Below, in pieces: positions 1 through 9,696 of a stretch of 32,000 nt of DNA. How positions within the stretch are numbered: position 1 is the first letter of the stretch; every line of letters begins with the position of its first letter. A model generated the notes under the pieces. That model saw nothing but the letters and a program-made list of their open reading frames with translations. It was not told the DNA's origin and searched no databases. The DNA comes from Candidatus Electronema aureum (GTDB lineage Bacteria > Desulfobacterota > Desulfobulbia > Desulfobulbales > Desulfobulbaceae), in NCBI GenBank assembly GCA_004284765.1, contig NQJD01000011.1, forward strand, positions 28,455-60,454. The letters are read 5' to 3'. The position numbers were made by a program, and so were the translations under genes.

Positions 1-1
1 G

Positions 2-376
2 TCGCCCCTCATTCAGCAACTTGGTGAAAGGGTATTAGTCCTTTATCACGGCGAGACACAAACGATAGGGCATCAACTTGCATCGTTTGAAATCAACATG
101 GATCATGCGGACGCAGATGCTACGATCAATCATTTGTGCATAGTCATTGAGACACTTCCAGAGCGCGAACGGGCAATCTGGAATAACTGCTCCACACGGC
201 TCTTTGATATCGGCTATGCCTGTACAAGCGGAACCGAATCTGTTCGTTCTTACTCCGAACTTTGTGCTGCAACAGTCAGTCGAGTAGCAGCACTTGGTGC
301 AAGCATTGCAATCACGATGTATCCAGATTATGAGCAAGCACATCAGGTAGGAACACCTGATGCTGCAATAAAATAA
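2..376 (+). CDS. Hypothetical protein, 5' end off-window (possibly DUF4279-like)
   Basis: The frame of track ORF 98..376 stays open back to base 2, so the gene probably starts upstream of the window. The C-terminal pattern (LFDIGY...LGASIAITMY) loosely resembles DUF4279 from memory. It ends 12 nt before murA. Confidence 0.4.
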   Translation, partial: SPLIQQLGERVLVLYHGETQTIGHQLASFEINMDHADADATINHLCIVIETLPERERAIWNNCSTRLFDIGYACTSGTESVRSYSELCAATVSRVAALGASIAITMYPDYEQAHQVGTPDAAIK

Positions 377-388
377 CTCAACGAAAGA

Positions 389-1660
389 ATGGACATACTA
401 CGAATCAATGGAGGTCGCCCTTTGCAGGGCAAGGTCGCGGTTAGTGGTGCAAAGAACGCCGCTCTCCCCCTGCTGGCAGCTACCCTGTTAGCACCCGGTA
501 CCTACACCCTACACAATGTGCCGGACTTGCGGGACACCCGTACCATGCTCAAGCTCCTCCAAATACTCGGCGCAAGCTGGGAGCGAGACGGTAGCACGGT
601 ACAGGTGAACTCGGTCAATCTCACTGGTGCTGAAGCCCCTTACGAGCTGGTTAAGACTATGCGGGCCTCGGTGCTGGTGCTGGGTCCCTTGTTAGGACGA
701 GTCGGCTATGCTCGCGTGTCGCTCCCCGGTGGTTGCGCTATCGGGGCGCGGCCTATCGATTACCATCTGAACGGGTTCCAACAGTTAGGAGTGGTTTCTT
801 CGCTGGAAGGAGGCTATGTAGAGGCCCGCGTACAGGGGGAACTGACTGGCGGTAAGGTCTGGTTTGATATTCCTTCGGTAACAGCCACCGAGAATCTCCT
901 CATGGCAGCAGTGAAAGCCAAGGGCGAGACAATCATTCAGAATGCGGCCAAAGAGCCAGAGGTGGGCAATCTGATTGACATGCTCACCGCAATGGGTGCA
1001 GAGATTAAAGGAAAGGGGACGGATTTCCTCACCGTGACCGGAGTGAAGGAACTACATCCTGCGACAATCAGCATCATCCCAGATCGGATTGAGGCAGGAA
1101 CGTACCTGATTGCCGCAGGCGCAGCCGGTGGCAGCTTAGAGGTGACAGACTGCGACCCCTCCCATCTCACCGCCTTGATTGAGAAACTACGGGCAGCTGG
1201 AATGCAAATCGAGGTCTATGCGGACCGCTGCATTGCCTCTCGTTCCGTGGATGGTACTCCCCTGCGAGCTGTCGATATCACAACTATGCCTTATCCGGGC
1301 TTTCCCACTGACTTGCAAGCCCAGTTCATGGCTCTGATGCTTTGTTGCAATGGGGTGTCAATCATCCACGAGACGATCTTTGAAAACCGTTTCATGCACG
1401 TAGCCGAGCTACGGCGGTTGGGGGCGGAGATCGTCATTGACGGCGGTAGCGCGGTGGTTACTGGCATTCCCCGCGAACGCTTGATCGGTGCGCCGGTGAT
1501 GGCTACTGATTTGCGGGCCTCAGCTTCTTTAGTCGTCGCTGGTCTGGCTGCTTCAGGCACCACAGAGATTTCCCGTATCTATCATTTAGAACGGGGCTAC
1601 GAGAAGATGGCAGAGAAGCTGCGCCAGACAGGGGCAGCGGTGGAGCAAGTGGCGGACTAA
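389..1660 (+). CDS. murA: UDP-N-acetylglucosamine 1-carboxyvinyltransferase
   Basis: 423 aa. The N-terminus [34 protein letters not shown] and full-length EPSP-synthase/MurA-type architecture are typical of MurA, as is the length. Confidence 0.96.
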   Translation: MDILRINGGRPLQGKVAVSGAKNAALPLLAATLLAPGTYTLHNVPDLRDTRTMLKLLQILGASWERDGSTVQVNSVNLTGAEAPYELVKTMRASVLVLGPLLGRVGYARVSLPGGCAIGARPIDYHLNGFQQLGVVSSLEGGYVEARVQGELTGGKVWFDIPSVTATENLLMAAVKAKGETIIQNAAKEPEVGNLIDMLTAMGAEIKGKGTDFLTVTGVKELHPATISIIPDRIEAGTYLIAAGAAGGSLEVTDCDPSHLTALIEKLRAAGMQIEVYADRCIASRSVDGTPLRAVDITTMPYPGFPTDLQAQFMALMLCCNGVSIIHETIFENRFMHVAELRRLGAEIVIDGGSAVVTGIPRERLIGAPVMATDLRASASLVVAGLAASGTTEISRIYHLERGYEKMAEKLRQTGAAVEQVAD

Positions 1661-3390
1661 TACTCGTCCGGCAGCGCGGGCAAAGGCAGACAGACTTCCA
1701 GCACGCAGCCTTGGCCGCCTGCTGGCTCTTGCAGCTTCACATTGCCGCTGTGTTGTTCGGCGATTTGTTTGACAATAGAGAGACCTAGGCCAGCGCAATT
1801 GGCCTTGGTTGAGAAGAAGGGGGTAAATATCACCTCGTGGATATTTTCGGCAATGCCAGGGCCTTGGTCAATCACCGCGATGCTGATCGCGTTCCGCCCG
1901 CCTTCTTGGTTTTCCCGCGCCCTGATCAACACCGGCCACGTGCTGGTCTGAACAGCGGCAGCACAGCTATTCTCCAGCAGATGCGTCAGTAGGATTTGCA
2001 CAAGCTGACGGTCTGCCCAGCAGTCGAGATGGTCGGGGATATCTAACTCCATCGCAGCGGCCAGCGGGCAAGATTCACGACCTTTAACTTGGCGAATAGT
2101 CTCCTCGGTTAGCCGCCGCAGGTCGAACCACTCTGGGGTAAGGGCAGAGGGCCGGGCAAACTGGAGGAAGTCGGTGATCGTCTTCTCCATCCGGGCTGAT
2201 TCTCTGAGGATGATCTCAGTCAGATGGCGGTTAGCCCGGCTGAGGGGATCAGGGCTGCTGTCCGCCGCATGGACATTCTTCAGGAGCTGGGCCGAGCCGG
2301 AGATGGCAGCGATTGGGTTGCGGAAGTCATGAGCAATGGCGGCACTTAGTTCGCCAATGGCCGCCATCTTCTCTGCCGCTCGCACTTGCCGCTCCATCTG
2401 CTCCAGCAGGCTAACATCCTGGACCGTGATCACCTTGCACTGCGTCTCACCCGGCTCATCCAAGGTTGGGTCAGGCGGCAGGTTGAGGTGAGCAAAGGTA
2501 TGCCGAATCCGCAATATGCTTCCATCTTTGCGCTGAAGATCAGCCACCTGTCTGCTCTGGTCGGTCTCAGTCAGCATGGCGGCTGGCAAAATGGAGGTGA
2601 AGGCCAGACCAACAAGATCAGCGGCAGCAAAGCCGGTGATCCGAGCAAAAGCTGGGTTGCAGGAGGTAATCCGGTTGCGCCCGTCAACCGTGACTATGCC
2701 GGTGCCGATGTCGTCAAAGACCTGCTTGTAGAGCTGGTTCAGGCGGTCAAACTGAACAAAGGTACGGGACAAGGCTTCCTCGGTGTTGCGGAGTCGCCCG
2801 GCAAGCAGATTACTGAGAAGGCCGATGGTGAAAAAGGTAATCCCATAGACCGAATACACGTTGGTTAAGCTGAGGTAATCGGTCGGAGGTACATATCTGG
2901 TCTGAGCATAGAATTGCGGAATGTAGCCCAGATATTCACAGGCAAGGATGGCTCCGTAGAGAATAGAAGACGCTGCCGCCGCGATTAGGCCACCAGTACG
3001 GCTCAGGCTCAGGCCGCCTGCAATCACCGGAAAGATGAACACCGGGGTAAAGATCGACTGGCTGCATCCAGTGCCGCCCACCAGCAGAGCAGCAAAGATC
3101 GCATCCGAGAGTAGCTGAATCAGTCCGAAACGAGTGAGGTGCCTAATCTTATTCTGAAGCAGCCCTGCCGAGCCAATAGAGTAAATGAAGACTACGGACA
3201 GGAACGCCATAGTCACCGCTGGTGGGGGCAGGATGATGTCACGGCCCTTGGTTTGCAGGACAACAGTGACCGCGATCAGCAGCGTAAAGAGCATCACCCG
3301 GATCATCAGCAGCCAGAGGATATGCAGGCGGAGCTGCTCGCCCGTGTTCCGCCTCGGAGTCAGCTCCTTGATGAATCTGCTTCTATCCAT
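1657..3390 (-). CDS. Sensor histidine kinase: multi-TM N-terminus, PAS, HisKA, HATPase
   Basis: 577 aa. It has about six hydrophobic N-terminal segments and a PAS-like region ([23 protein letters not shown]). H-box is AHDFRNP, N-box LLENS, G-boxes DQGPGI and GLGLSIV. Its start overlaps the stop of the upstream regulator by 1 nt. Confidence 0.9.
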   Translation of the reverse strand: MDRSRFIKELTPRRNTGEQLRLHILWLLMIRVMLFTLLIAVTVVLQTKGRDIILPPPAVTMAFLSVVFIYSIGSAGLLQNKIRHLTRFGLIQLLSDAIFAALLVGGTGCSQSIFTPVFIFPVIAGGLSLSRTGGLIAAAASSILYGAILACEYLGYIPQFYAQTRYVPPTDYLSLTNVYSVYGITFFTIGLLSNLLAGRLRNTEEALSRTFVQFDRLNQLYKQVFDDIGTGIVTVDGRNRITSCNPAFARITGFAAADLVGLAFTSILPAAMLTETDQSRQVADLQRKDGSILRIRHTFAHLNLPPDPTLDEPGETQCKVITVQDVSLLEQMERQVRAAEKMAAIGELSAAIAHDFRNPIAAISGSAQLLKNVHAADSSPDPLSRANRHLTEIILRESARMEKTITDFLQFARPSALTPEWFDLRRLTEETIRQVKGRESCPLAAAMELDIPDHLDCWADRQLVQILLTHLLENSCAAAVQTSTWPVLIRARENQEGGRNAISIAVIDQGPGIAENIHEVIFTPFFSTKANCAGLGLSIVKQIAEQHSGNVKLQEPAGGQGCVLEVCLPLPALPDEY

Positions 3391-4769
3391 TATTCCATTC
3401 CGTATTTTTTGGCCTTGTAGCGGAGCGAGCGGAAGCTGACCTTGAGCAGCTCGGCAGCCCGCATCTTAGAGCCTTCTGCTGCCTCAATCGCATGGAGAAT
3501 CATCTTCCGTTCCATTCTCGCCACGCTCTCTTCTAAGCCCCGGTCGAACAGCTCATCCTCGTCCCAAGCACCCACGAACAGCGGCTCCTTGACCGGCGGC
3601 GGGGCAGCGTTCTTCTCTTCCTTGCGGGAGGAAAGAATGAGACTTTCCGGCAGGATGATGTTAGACGACTCCAGAGCCACGCCTCGCTCAATGATGTTCT
3701 CCAACTCCCGTACATTACCAGGGAAGTTGTAGTTCATCAAGACTTCCATACCATAGGAGGAGAGAGCCTGCGCCTCCCGTCCCATCAGCTTGGCATATTT
3801 CTTGAGGAAATGCTCAACCAGCAGAGGCACGTCCCCCTTGCGCTCACGCAGTGGCGGCAGACGCACTGGCACCACGGCGAGGCGGTAGAAGAGATCTTCT
3901 CGGAACCGCTTCTCCATTACCTCTTCCTCCAGGTTGCGGTTGGTGGCAGCAACGATGCGGACATCCACCTGCTTCGTCTTGGCTGAACCAACCGGCATGA
4001 TCTGTCGCTCCTGAAGCACTCGCAGCAGCTTGGTCTGGATAGGTAGGGTGAGTTCGCCGATCTCGTCGAGAAAGACAGTGCCGGTGTGCGCTTGCTCAAA
4101 GAGGCCAACTTTATCAGCTATTGCGCCGGTAAAGGAGCCTTTGGCATGGCCGAACAGCTCGCTCTCTAGCAGGCTCTCTGGGATGGCACTACAGTTGATG
4201 GCGACAAAGGGATTGCTGGCGACCTTGGACAGATCGTGTATGGCCTTGGCGACCAGCTCCTTGCCGGTGCCTGACTCGCCAGTGATCAGGACACTGGCTG
4301 GAGTGGGCGCAACCCGCCGGAGCAGGTCGAATATCTTCAGCATCTCTGGGCTAGAGCCGATGATACCTGGTAGTCCGCCCGCCGGATGCTCCATGGCTGC
4401 ATCGGTCTTGCGCTTGGCTAAGGCAGCCCTGACCACCTTGCGCAGCTCATCAACATTGAACGGCTTGGCAAGATAGTCAAAGGCCCCGTTCTTCATGGCC
4501 TGTACAGCATCATCCGGCGAGGCAAAGGCCGTGACAATGATCACTGGCAGCTCAGGCTGGCGGCTCTTGAGTTCAGCCAGCAGCTCTAGGCCGCTCATGC
4601 CCGGCATCCGCACATCGGTGATAACTGCGTCGAATTCCTTCTGCTCGACAGCAGCTAAGGCAGCCTCAGCAGTGGGTGCGGCAGTGACGGCGTAGCCTTC
4701 CCGATAGAAGAGAATGCTGAGAAAGTCTCGCATACTCTGTTCGTCATCGACAATAAGAAGGTGTGGCAT
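3390..4769 (-). CDS. Sigma-54-dependent (NtrC-family) response regulator
   Basis: Receiver domain (MPHLLIVDDE...ITDVRMPGMSG), AAA+ Walker A GESGTGKE, sigma-54 contact motif GSFTGA, and a C-terminal Fis-type HTH. I chose the ATG at 4769-4767 (MPHLLIVDD) over the track start at 4919, whose 50 extra residues look non-coding. Confidence 0.92.
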   Translation of the reverse strand: MPHLLIVDDEQSMRDFLSILFYREGYAVTAAPTAEAALAAVEQKEFDAVITDVRMPGMSGLELLAELKSRQPELPVIIVTAFASPDDAVQAMKNGAFDYLAKPFNVDELRKVVRAALAKRKTDAAMEHPAGGLPGIIGSSPEMLKIFDLLRRVAPTPASVLITGESGTGKELVAKAIHDLSKVASNPFVAINCSAIPESLLESELFGHAKGSFTGAIADKVGLFEQAHTGTVFLDEIGELTLPIQTKLLRVLQERQIMPVGSAKTKQVDVRIVAATNRNLEEEVMEKRFREDLFYRLAVVPVRLPPLRERKGDVPLLVEHFLKKYAKLMGREAQALSSYGMEVLMNYNFPGNVRELENIIERGVALESSNIILPESLILSSRKEEKNAAPPPVKEPLFVGAWDEDELFDRGLEESVARMERKMILHAIEAAEGSKMRAAELLKVSFRSLRYKAKKYGME

Positions 4770-4931
4770 GGTCACGCAGGAAGACGATGATACTATTTTA
4801 ACCTGAAGCTGTCTCAACACAGTGTAGCAATGAACTGACAGAGAAGTCAATGTCTGCCTTTGGGCTGGAGGTTTGACAGCCTTGCCTGAACCGGGTATGC
4901 TGTGGCAGCTAACCATCAAGGAGAATCAGCT

Positions 4932-5699
4932 ATGAACGATCAGGACTCATTACACCAGCAACCGCTGACCGAGCATCTTGCCGAGCTACGCTCCTGCCTG
5001 ATTATTTCGTTGATCGCCGCTGCCATCGGGTTTACCCTCGCGTATTCGTTCATTCAGCCGGTGGCGGACTGGTTCTTCGCCCCGCTGGTGCAGGTCATGC
5101 CGGCGCAGAAGAGCCTGATCTTCATCTCCTACCAAGAGGGCTTCTTCTTCTATCTCAAGCTGGCCTTGGTGGCAGGCGTGCTTATAGCCAGCCCGGTGAT
5201 CTTCTATCAGTTCTGGCGTTTTGTCGCTCCTGGGCTGTATCAGCACGAGAAGCAGGCTCTGCTGCCCTTCACGGTGGTGTCATCCTTCTGCTTCCTTGGT
5301 GGCGCAGCCTTCGGTTATTTAGTCATCTTCCCGCCGACCTTCCGTTTTCTCCTCGGCTATTCCAGCAGTTTTTTGGAGCCGATGCCTGCGGTGAGCGAGT
5401 ATTTCTCTTTGGCCCTGTTCCTGCTCATTGCCTTTGGCATGATCTTCGAGCTGCCGGTCTTCATGGTCTTTCTCGCCAAGCTGGGCAAGGTGGACGCGCC
5501 CTTTCTGGTGAAGAACCGCAAATACGCCGTGCTGATCGCCTTCATTGTCGCGGCAGTTGTCACGCCAACCCCTGATCCGGTCAATCAGTTTCTCATGGCC
5601 GGGCCGTTAGTCGTGCTGTATGAGATCAGCATCATCGCCGTGCGTTTCTTTGTCAAGAAGCCGCTGGCGGTGATAGAAGATGCTGGCAATGTGCGATAA
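4932..5699 (+). CDS. tatC: Twin-arginine translocase subunit TatC
   Basis: Polytopic membrane protein beginning ...LTEHLAELRSCLI, with TatC-like spacing of about six TM segments. AAGGAGA lies 8 nt upstream of the ATG at 4932, so I prefer that start over the track start at 4902. Confidence 0.9.
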   Translation: MNDQDSLHQQPLTEHLAELRSCLIISLIAAAIGFTLAYSFIQPVADWFFAPLVQVMPAQKSLIFISYQEGFFFYLKLALVAGVLIASPVIFYQFWRFVAPGLYQHEKQALLPFTVVSSFCFLGGAAFGYLVIFPPTFRFLLGYSSSFLEPMPAVSEYFSLALFLLIAFGMIFELPVFMVFLAKLGKVDAPFLVKNRKYAVLIAFIVAAVVTPTPDPVNQFLMAGPLVVLYEISIIAVRFFVKKPLAVIEDAGNVR

Positions 5700-6069
5700 A
5701 AACGTTTCACCGGTCAATTGGTATGTCGGCTCGTATTTGCTCCGTTGTGTCGAGGTGGAGCAAGAAAGCAAGTTTGACCAAGAGCAGCAGTTTCTTGCAT
5801 GGGAAAACACAGTGCTTGTCAAAGCGGACAGCATAGAGAAAGCCTATGACAAGATAGAACAGATTGCGCAGTCCTCGACAGAGCCATATCAGGCCGGAGA
5901 GACAGCAGTGCTGGTTCAGTGGCTTTATGAAGGAATCACCGAGCTGCTGCCTGTTTACGAGAACATTGAAGATGGTTGTGAGATCATGTGGCGGGAAAGG
6001 CGGCCTGTGAAACTGAAGAATCTTAGGAAACTAGTCCGAAGCAAAGATTATTTTAAGCATGACAGATAA
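5680..6069 (+). CDS. Small hypothetical protein, DUF4288-like
   Basis: 129 aa. The pattern NWY...(FLAWENTVLVKADSIEKAYDKIEQIA)...YEGITEL...IEDGCEI matches my recollection of the DUF4288 consensus. It overlaps the tatC 3' end by 20 nt; an alternative ATG is at 5689. Confidence 0.55.
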   Translation: MLAMCDKNVSPVNWYVGSYLLRCVEVEQESKFDQEQQFLAWENTVLVKADSIEKAYDKIEQIAQSSTEPYQAGETAVLVQWLYEGITELLPVYENIEDGCEIMWRERRPVKLKNLRKLVRSKDYFKHDR

Positions 6070-6093
6070 ACTTCACAAACGAAAGGAGGAACC

Positions 6094-7374
6094 ATGTCCT
6101 ATATTGCCGACTTTGAGAAAGCCTTAGAAGTAGGCCGGCCGCCTAACATCAAAGCGTTGTTTCCAAACTCCCGCGCCTTGATTGTCAGCGGCAAGGTGAT
6201 CGACCGGGCCATGCTGCGCAAGGGCAAGGCTATGACTATGGCTGCCAATGGCCGCAGCAACCTGGTGATCCGGGGTGCGCTGCTGGCTGCCCAGCGCGCT
6301 CAGGCCGCCTTGATCATCGAGATTGCCCGCTCCGAAGGTGGTGCTTCATTCTACTGTGCCACCAACTACTGGAACATGGCCCGGCAGGTGGACGCGCTCT
6401 GCAACGAGCTGGCGATCACCGTGCCTGTGGCGATTCACGCTGACCACTACGGCATCAAATCCGCAGCCGACCTGCCCTTTGCCCGCACCGAGATTCCAAG
6501 CATGTTTGACGCGGGCATCACCTCGATTGCCATTGATGCCTCGCACATGCAGGACGACGACAATCTCTTGGCCAGTCTCGCCCTGAGCAGCGTTATCCCG
6601 GCATGGGCGGGCTATGAGACTGAGGTGGGCGAGATCAAAGGCACGGCTGGCCTGTCGTCCGCACCAGAGGCACTCTTTTTGGTGCAAGGCTTGAACGCGC
6701 ATGACATCTTCCCGGACTGGATAGCACTCAACAACGGCACCACCCACGGTCTTGAGGCTTCCGACGCAGGCATTCAGGTTGGATTGACGGCAGATATTCA
6801 CTCGGCCTTAGCCAAATACGGGGTATCTGGGGCGCAGCACGGCACCTCCGGCAACAGCTCCGAGCGACTGCGCGAGATTGCCTCGCAGACCCGCACCACC
6901 AAGGCCAATGTCGCCACCGCGCTCCAGATGATCTCCTGGGGCGTGGAAGTGAACGACTACGGCAATGCCATCCTTGATGCGAACGGTGAATTCATCAAGG
7001 TGGCAGGGCAGGGCGTGACAGAGGAGCTGTGGGCGCAGATGAAGGCCTATGCCAAGGACAAAGGCTGGTCGAAAGGCAATTACAAGAGCCTCAACGCGCC
7101 CTTTGAGAACCGGATCATGGGCCAGCCGCGAGAGATTCGCGAGCGCATGGCCCGCCGGGTCAGCGATTTCGTCTTCACCATGCTGACCGAGGTCTTCAAC
7201 GCCCAAGGCACAGCCCGCCACGCCGTGGATGCCATTCTGGAGGCAGGCTCCTACGACCTCGGCCCCAAGGTTGGCCGCATCGAATCGCCGGACGAGTGGA
7301 CGGAAGAGAAAATCCGCGCCCGCGCCGCTACCCTCTGCACGGACAAAGGGCCGGAGGGGGACTTCTCGGACTGA
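6094..7374 (+). CDS. fba: Class II ketose/fructose-1,6-bisphosphate aldolase (long form)
   Basis: 426 aa with class II aldolase metal and active-site motifs IHADH, IAIDASH, GTTHG and GAQHGTSG. A strong RBS (GAAAGGAGGA) precedes the ATG. Confidence 0.85.
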   Translation: MSYIADFEKALEVGRPPNIKALFPNSRALIVSGKVIDRAMLRKGKAMTMAANGRSNLVIRGALLAAQRAQAALIIEIARSEGGASFYCATNYWNMARQVDALCNELAITVPVAIHADHYGIKSAADLPFARTEIPSMFDAGITSIAIDASHMQDDDNLLASLALSSVIPAWAGYETEVGEIKGTAGLSSAPEALFLVQGLNAHDIFPDWIALNNGTTHGLEASDAGIQVGLTADIHSALAKYGVSGAQHGTSGNSSERLREIASQTRTTKANVATALQMISWGVEVNDYGNAILDANGEFIKVAGQGVTEELWAQMKAYAKDKGWSKGNYKSLNAPFENRIMGQPREIRERMARRVSDFVFTMLTEVFNAQGTARHAVDAILEAGSYDLGPKVGRIESPDEWTEEKIRARAATLCTDKGPEGDFSD

Positions 7375-7381
7375 TACGCAT

Positions 7382-7412
7382 ACCACCCGGCGTTTCAAAA
7401 CGCCGGGGTGGT
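7382..7412 (+). terminator. GC-rich hairpin downstream of the aldolase gene
   Basis: ACCACCCGGCG-tttcaaaa-CGCCGGGGTGGT, an 11-bp stem with one bulged G, starts 8 nt after the stop. There is no clear U-tract, so an intrinsic terminator call is tentative. Confidence 0.45.
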
Positions 7413-7666
7413 GTGGCCACGACCGGTGCACCGCCCCACGCCCGCCCAGTGATGAATCACCGGGCTACATTGATGCTGTCCCTGTCGGGACGCTGTGATA
7501 TTAGCCCAGCGTTTCAAGAGCAACCTTGGTCACTCTTCGGGTGACAGCGTAGTATCTCTCACCGAGACGCTATGCCGTTACTTGCAGTGACGCTATGCTG
7601 TCACTTTGAACAACACACTAGCGAGCGGATCATCGTCTCTACCCTTTTTTTCAATAAGGAACCATC

Positions 7667-8674
7667 ATGCAAAAGATACTCGTCACCGGCGCAGCCGGAT
7701 TCATTGGCCACAATCTGTCCAAACGTCTGCTTGCGGCGGGCCGCACTGTGATTGGCTTGGACAACCTCAACGACTACTACGATCCCAACCTAAAGAAGGC
7801 CAGGCTAGCCGAGCTGCTGGCCTTCCCCAGCTTCCGTCACGCTGATTTCGACATGGCTGACCGTGGCCTGATGGAGCAGCTCTTCCGCAAAGAGCAGTTT
7901 GACGCAGTGGTCAACTTGGCCGCGCAAGCTGGTGTGCGCTACTCGCTGACTAATCCCTATTCTTACGTTGACACCAACATCGTTGGCTTTATTAATGTGC
8001 TGGAAGGCTGCCGTCACAACAAGGTCAAGCACCTGCTCTACGCCTCGTCCAGCTCGGTTTATGGAGCCAATACCTCCATGCCCTTCTCGGTGCATGACAA
8101 CGTTGATCACCCGGTTTCCCTGTACGCGGCCTCGAAAAGAGCCAACGAGCTGATGGCGCACACCTATAGTCACCTCTATGGCTTGCACTGCACGGGCTTA
8201 CGCTTCTTCACCGTGTATGGGCCGTGGGGCAGACCGGACATGGCTCTCTTCCTCTTCACCAAGGCGATACTAGAGGACAAGCCCATTCAGATATTCAACA
8301 ACGGCGATATGGAGCGGGACTTTACCTACATCGATGACATAGTTGAGGGAGTCTTCCGGCTGATTGACCATATCCCGCAGGCCAACCCGGACTGGAGCGG
8401 CGATACACCAGATGCCTCTAACAGCTACTGCCCGTGGCGATTGTACAATATCGGCAACAACGACAAGCAGCCGCTGCTGCGCTACATCGAGGTGCTGGAA
8501 GACTGTCTCGGCAAGAAGGCGATCAGAAACTACCTACCCATGCAAGCAGGTGATGTGCGGGCCACCTACGCCAATGTGGACGGCTTGGTACGAGAGATTG
8601 GCTTCAAGCCGCAGACTACAATTGAGGAGGGCATCAGCAAGTTTGTGCAGTGGTACCGGGGCTATTACGGATAA
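7667..8674 (+). CDS. NAD-dependent nucleotide-sugar epimerase (UDP-glucuronate 4-epimerase-like SDR)
   Basis: 335 aa. It has the Rossmann motif VTGAAGFIG, the pattern LDNLNDYYDPNLKKARL typical of Cap1J/UDP-GlcA 4-epimerase relatives, and the catalytic YAASK. Confidence 0.85.
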   Translation: MQKILVTGAAGFIGHNLSKRLLAAGRTVIGLDNLNDYYDPNLKKARLAELLAFPSFRHADFDMADRGLMEQLFRKEQFDAVVNLAAQAGVRYSLTNPYSYVDTNIVGFINVLEGCRHNKVKHLLYASSSSVYGANTSMPFSVHDNVDHPVSLYAASKRANELMAHTYSHLYGLHCTGLRFFTVYGPWGRPDMALFLFTKAILEDKPIQIFNNGDMERDFTYIDDIVEGVFRLIDHIPQANPDWSGDTPDASNSYCPWRLYNIGNNDKQPLLRYIEVLEDCLGKKAIRNYLPMQAGDVRATYANVDGLVREIGFKPQTTIEEGISKFVQWYRGYYG

Positions 8675-8744
8675 GTCATAAGCAACAAGAGTCGGTCGTC
8701 TTATGACAGGCTCTTCTCTCCTTCAGCATACGTTTGCATACATC

Positions 8745-9683
8745 ATGAGCAGCAGTCCCTTGATCTCAGTCATTATCCCTGCCTATAACCATGAACGGTT
8801 CATCGGCCCGGCCATAGAATCTGTCCTTCAGCAGACGTGGAAGCATCTTGAGCTGATCGTGATTGATGACGGCTCCAAGGACAGCACCGGCAAAGTAGCC
8901 CAGAGCTACACCGATCCTCGGCTCTCGTATTATCATCAGGAGAATCAGGATGCCTACAACACCATCAACCGGGGCTTGAGTTTAGCAAAGGGAGAGTACA
9001 TTGCCATTCTTAATTCAGATGACATCTACACCACTGATCGCTTGGAAAAGCTCTTAGCCATCCAGCAGGAAAGCGGTGCTGCCTGCGTGTTCAGTGATGT
9101 AGTGCCGATCTCTGATGAGGGTGATGAGTTCACTGATCCGAATTTCGGTTGGAACCTGTGGCACAAGAAGAACCGAGCTTGGTATTTTGAATGCAAGGAC
9201 TTGCTTACTGCCTTTCTCAAGGGCAACTTCATGGTCACGACCTCAAACCTCTTTATGACCGCTGAGGCTGTGCGGACTGTAGGCACGTTCTGTTCCTTGC
9301 GCTATCTCCATGATTACGATTATATCTTCCGCATGATGCTGGCTTTTCCCGGTCGAGTACACTATGTCGATGACCAGAAGCTGCTCTCGTACCGTATCCA
9401 CAGCGGCAATACCTTGAGCGAGGCTGCTATCACCGGTCGCCTGCAAGACGTGGATGTGATCAGGAAATACATGCTGGCTGCGCTACCGGAGCACTGCCGA
9501 GGCATCGCTGCTGCTGGAACCGAGCGCTTACTTGCGCTGCGCGATGAGTTGGAGCAAGTGCGAGCAGAATTAGCTGGGCGGACGGAACCCAGTGTCCGCG
9601 AGCGGCTGAAGCTGCTGGTCGCCGCAGTGCGCTTTAAGCTGCGGAAGAAGATAGCCGGGAAAGGGAGGTATGCAAAAAATTAA
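8745..9683 (+). CDS. Family 2 glycosyltransferase
   Basis: GT2 signature ISVIIPAYNHERFI...VIDDGSKD...NSDD. The start at 8745 (MSSSPLISVIIP) is preferred; the in-frame track start at 8703 is possible. Confidence 0.85.
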   Translation: MSSSPLISVIIPAYNHERFIGPAIESVLQQTWKHLELIVIDDGSKDSTGKVAQSYTDPRLSYYHQENQDAYNTINRGLSLAKGEYIAILNSDDIYTTDRLEKLLAIQQESGAACVFSDVVPISDEGDEFTDPNFGWNLWHKKNRAWYFECKDLLTAFLKGNFMVTTSNLFMTAEAVRTVGTFCSLRYLHDYDYIFRMMLAFPGRVHYVDDQKLLSYRIHSGNTLSEAAITGRLQDVDVIRKYMLAALPEHCRGIAAAGTERLLALRDELEQVRAELAGRTEPSVRERLKLLVAAVRFKLRKKIAGKGRYAKN

Positions 9684-9696
9684 AGGAAGGGGTTAT

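Noticed and set aside
4770-4919. The track gives a 50-residue N-terminal extension of the response regulator ORF (start at 4919).
   Set aside because: The extension (MMVSCHSIPGSGKAV...) has no receiver-domain homology and would overlap the tatC start region. The canonical MPHLLIVDD start at 4769 fits the family.
7414-7430. TGGCCACGACCGGTGCA downstream of the aldolase looked like a possible sigma-54 promoter for the epimerase.
   Set aside because: The GG/GC spacing is off by one and the consensus match is poor.
6346-7431. Long antisense ORFs opposite the aldolase gene (6346..6801 and 6808..7431, minus strand). Similar antisense or out-of-frame ORFs lie inside other well-supported genes, for example 2386..2868, 14942..15538, 19942..20577, 28775..29491 and 30371..30859.
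   Set aside because: These are shadow ORFs, typical of GC-rich coding DNA. Their composition is low-complexity and Arg/Ala/Gly/Pro-rich, they have no motifs, and each lies fully inside a well-supported gene on the other strand or frame.
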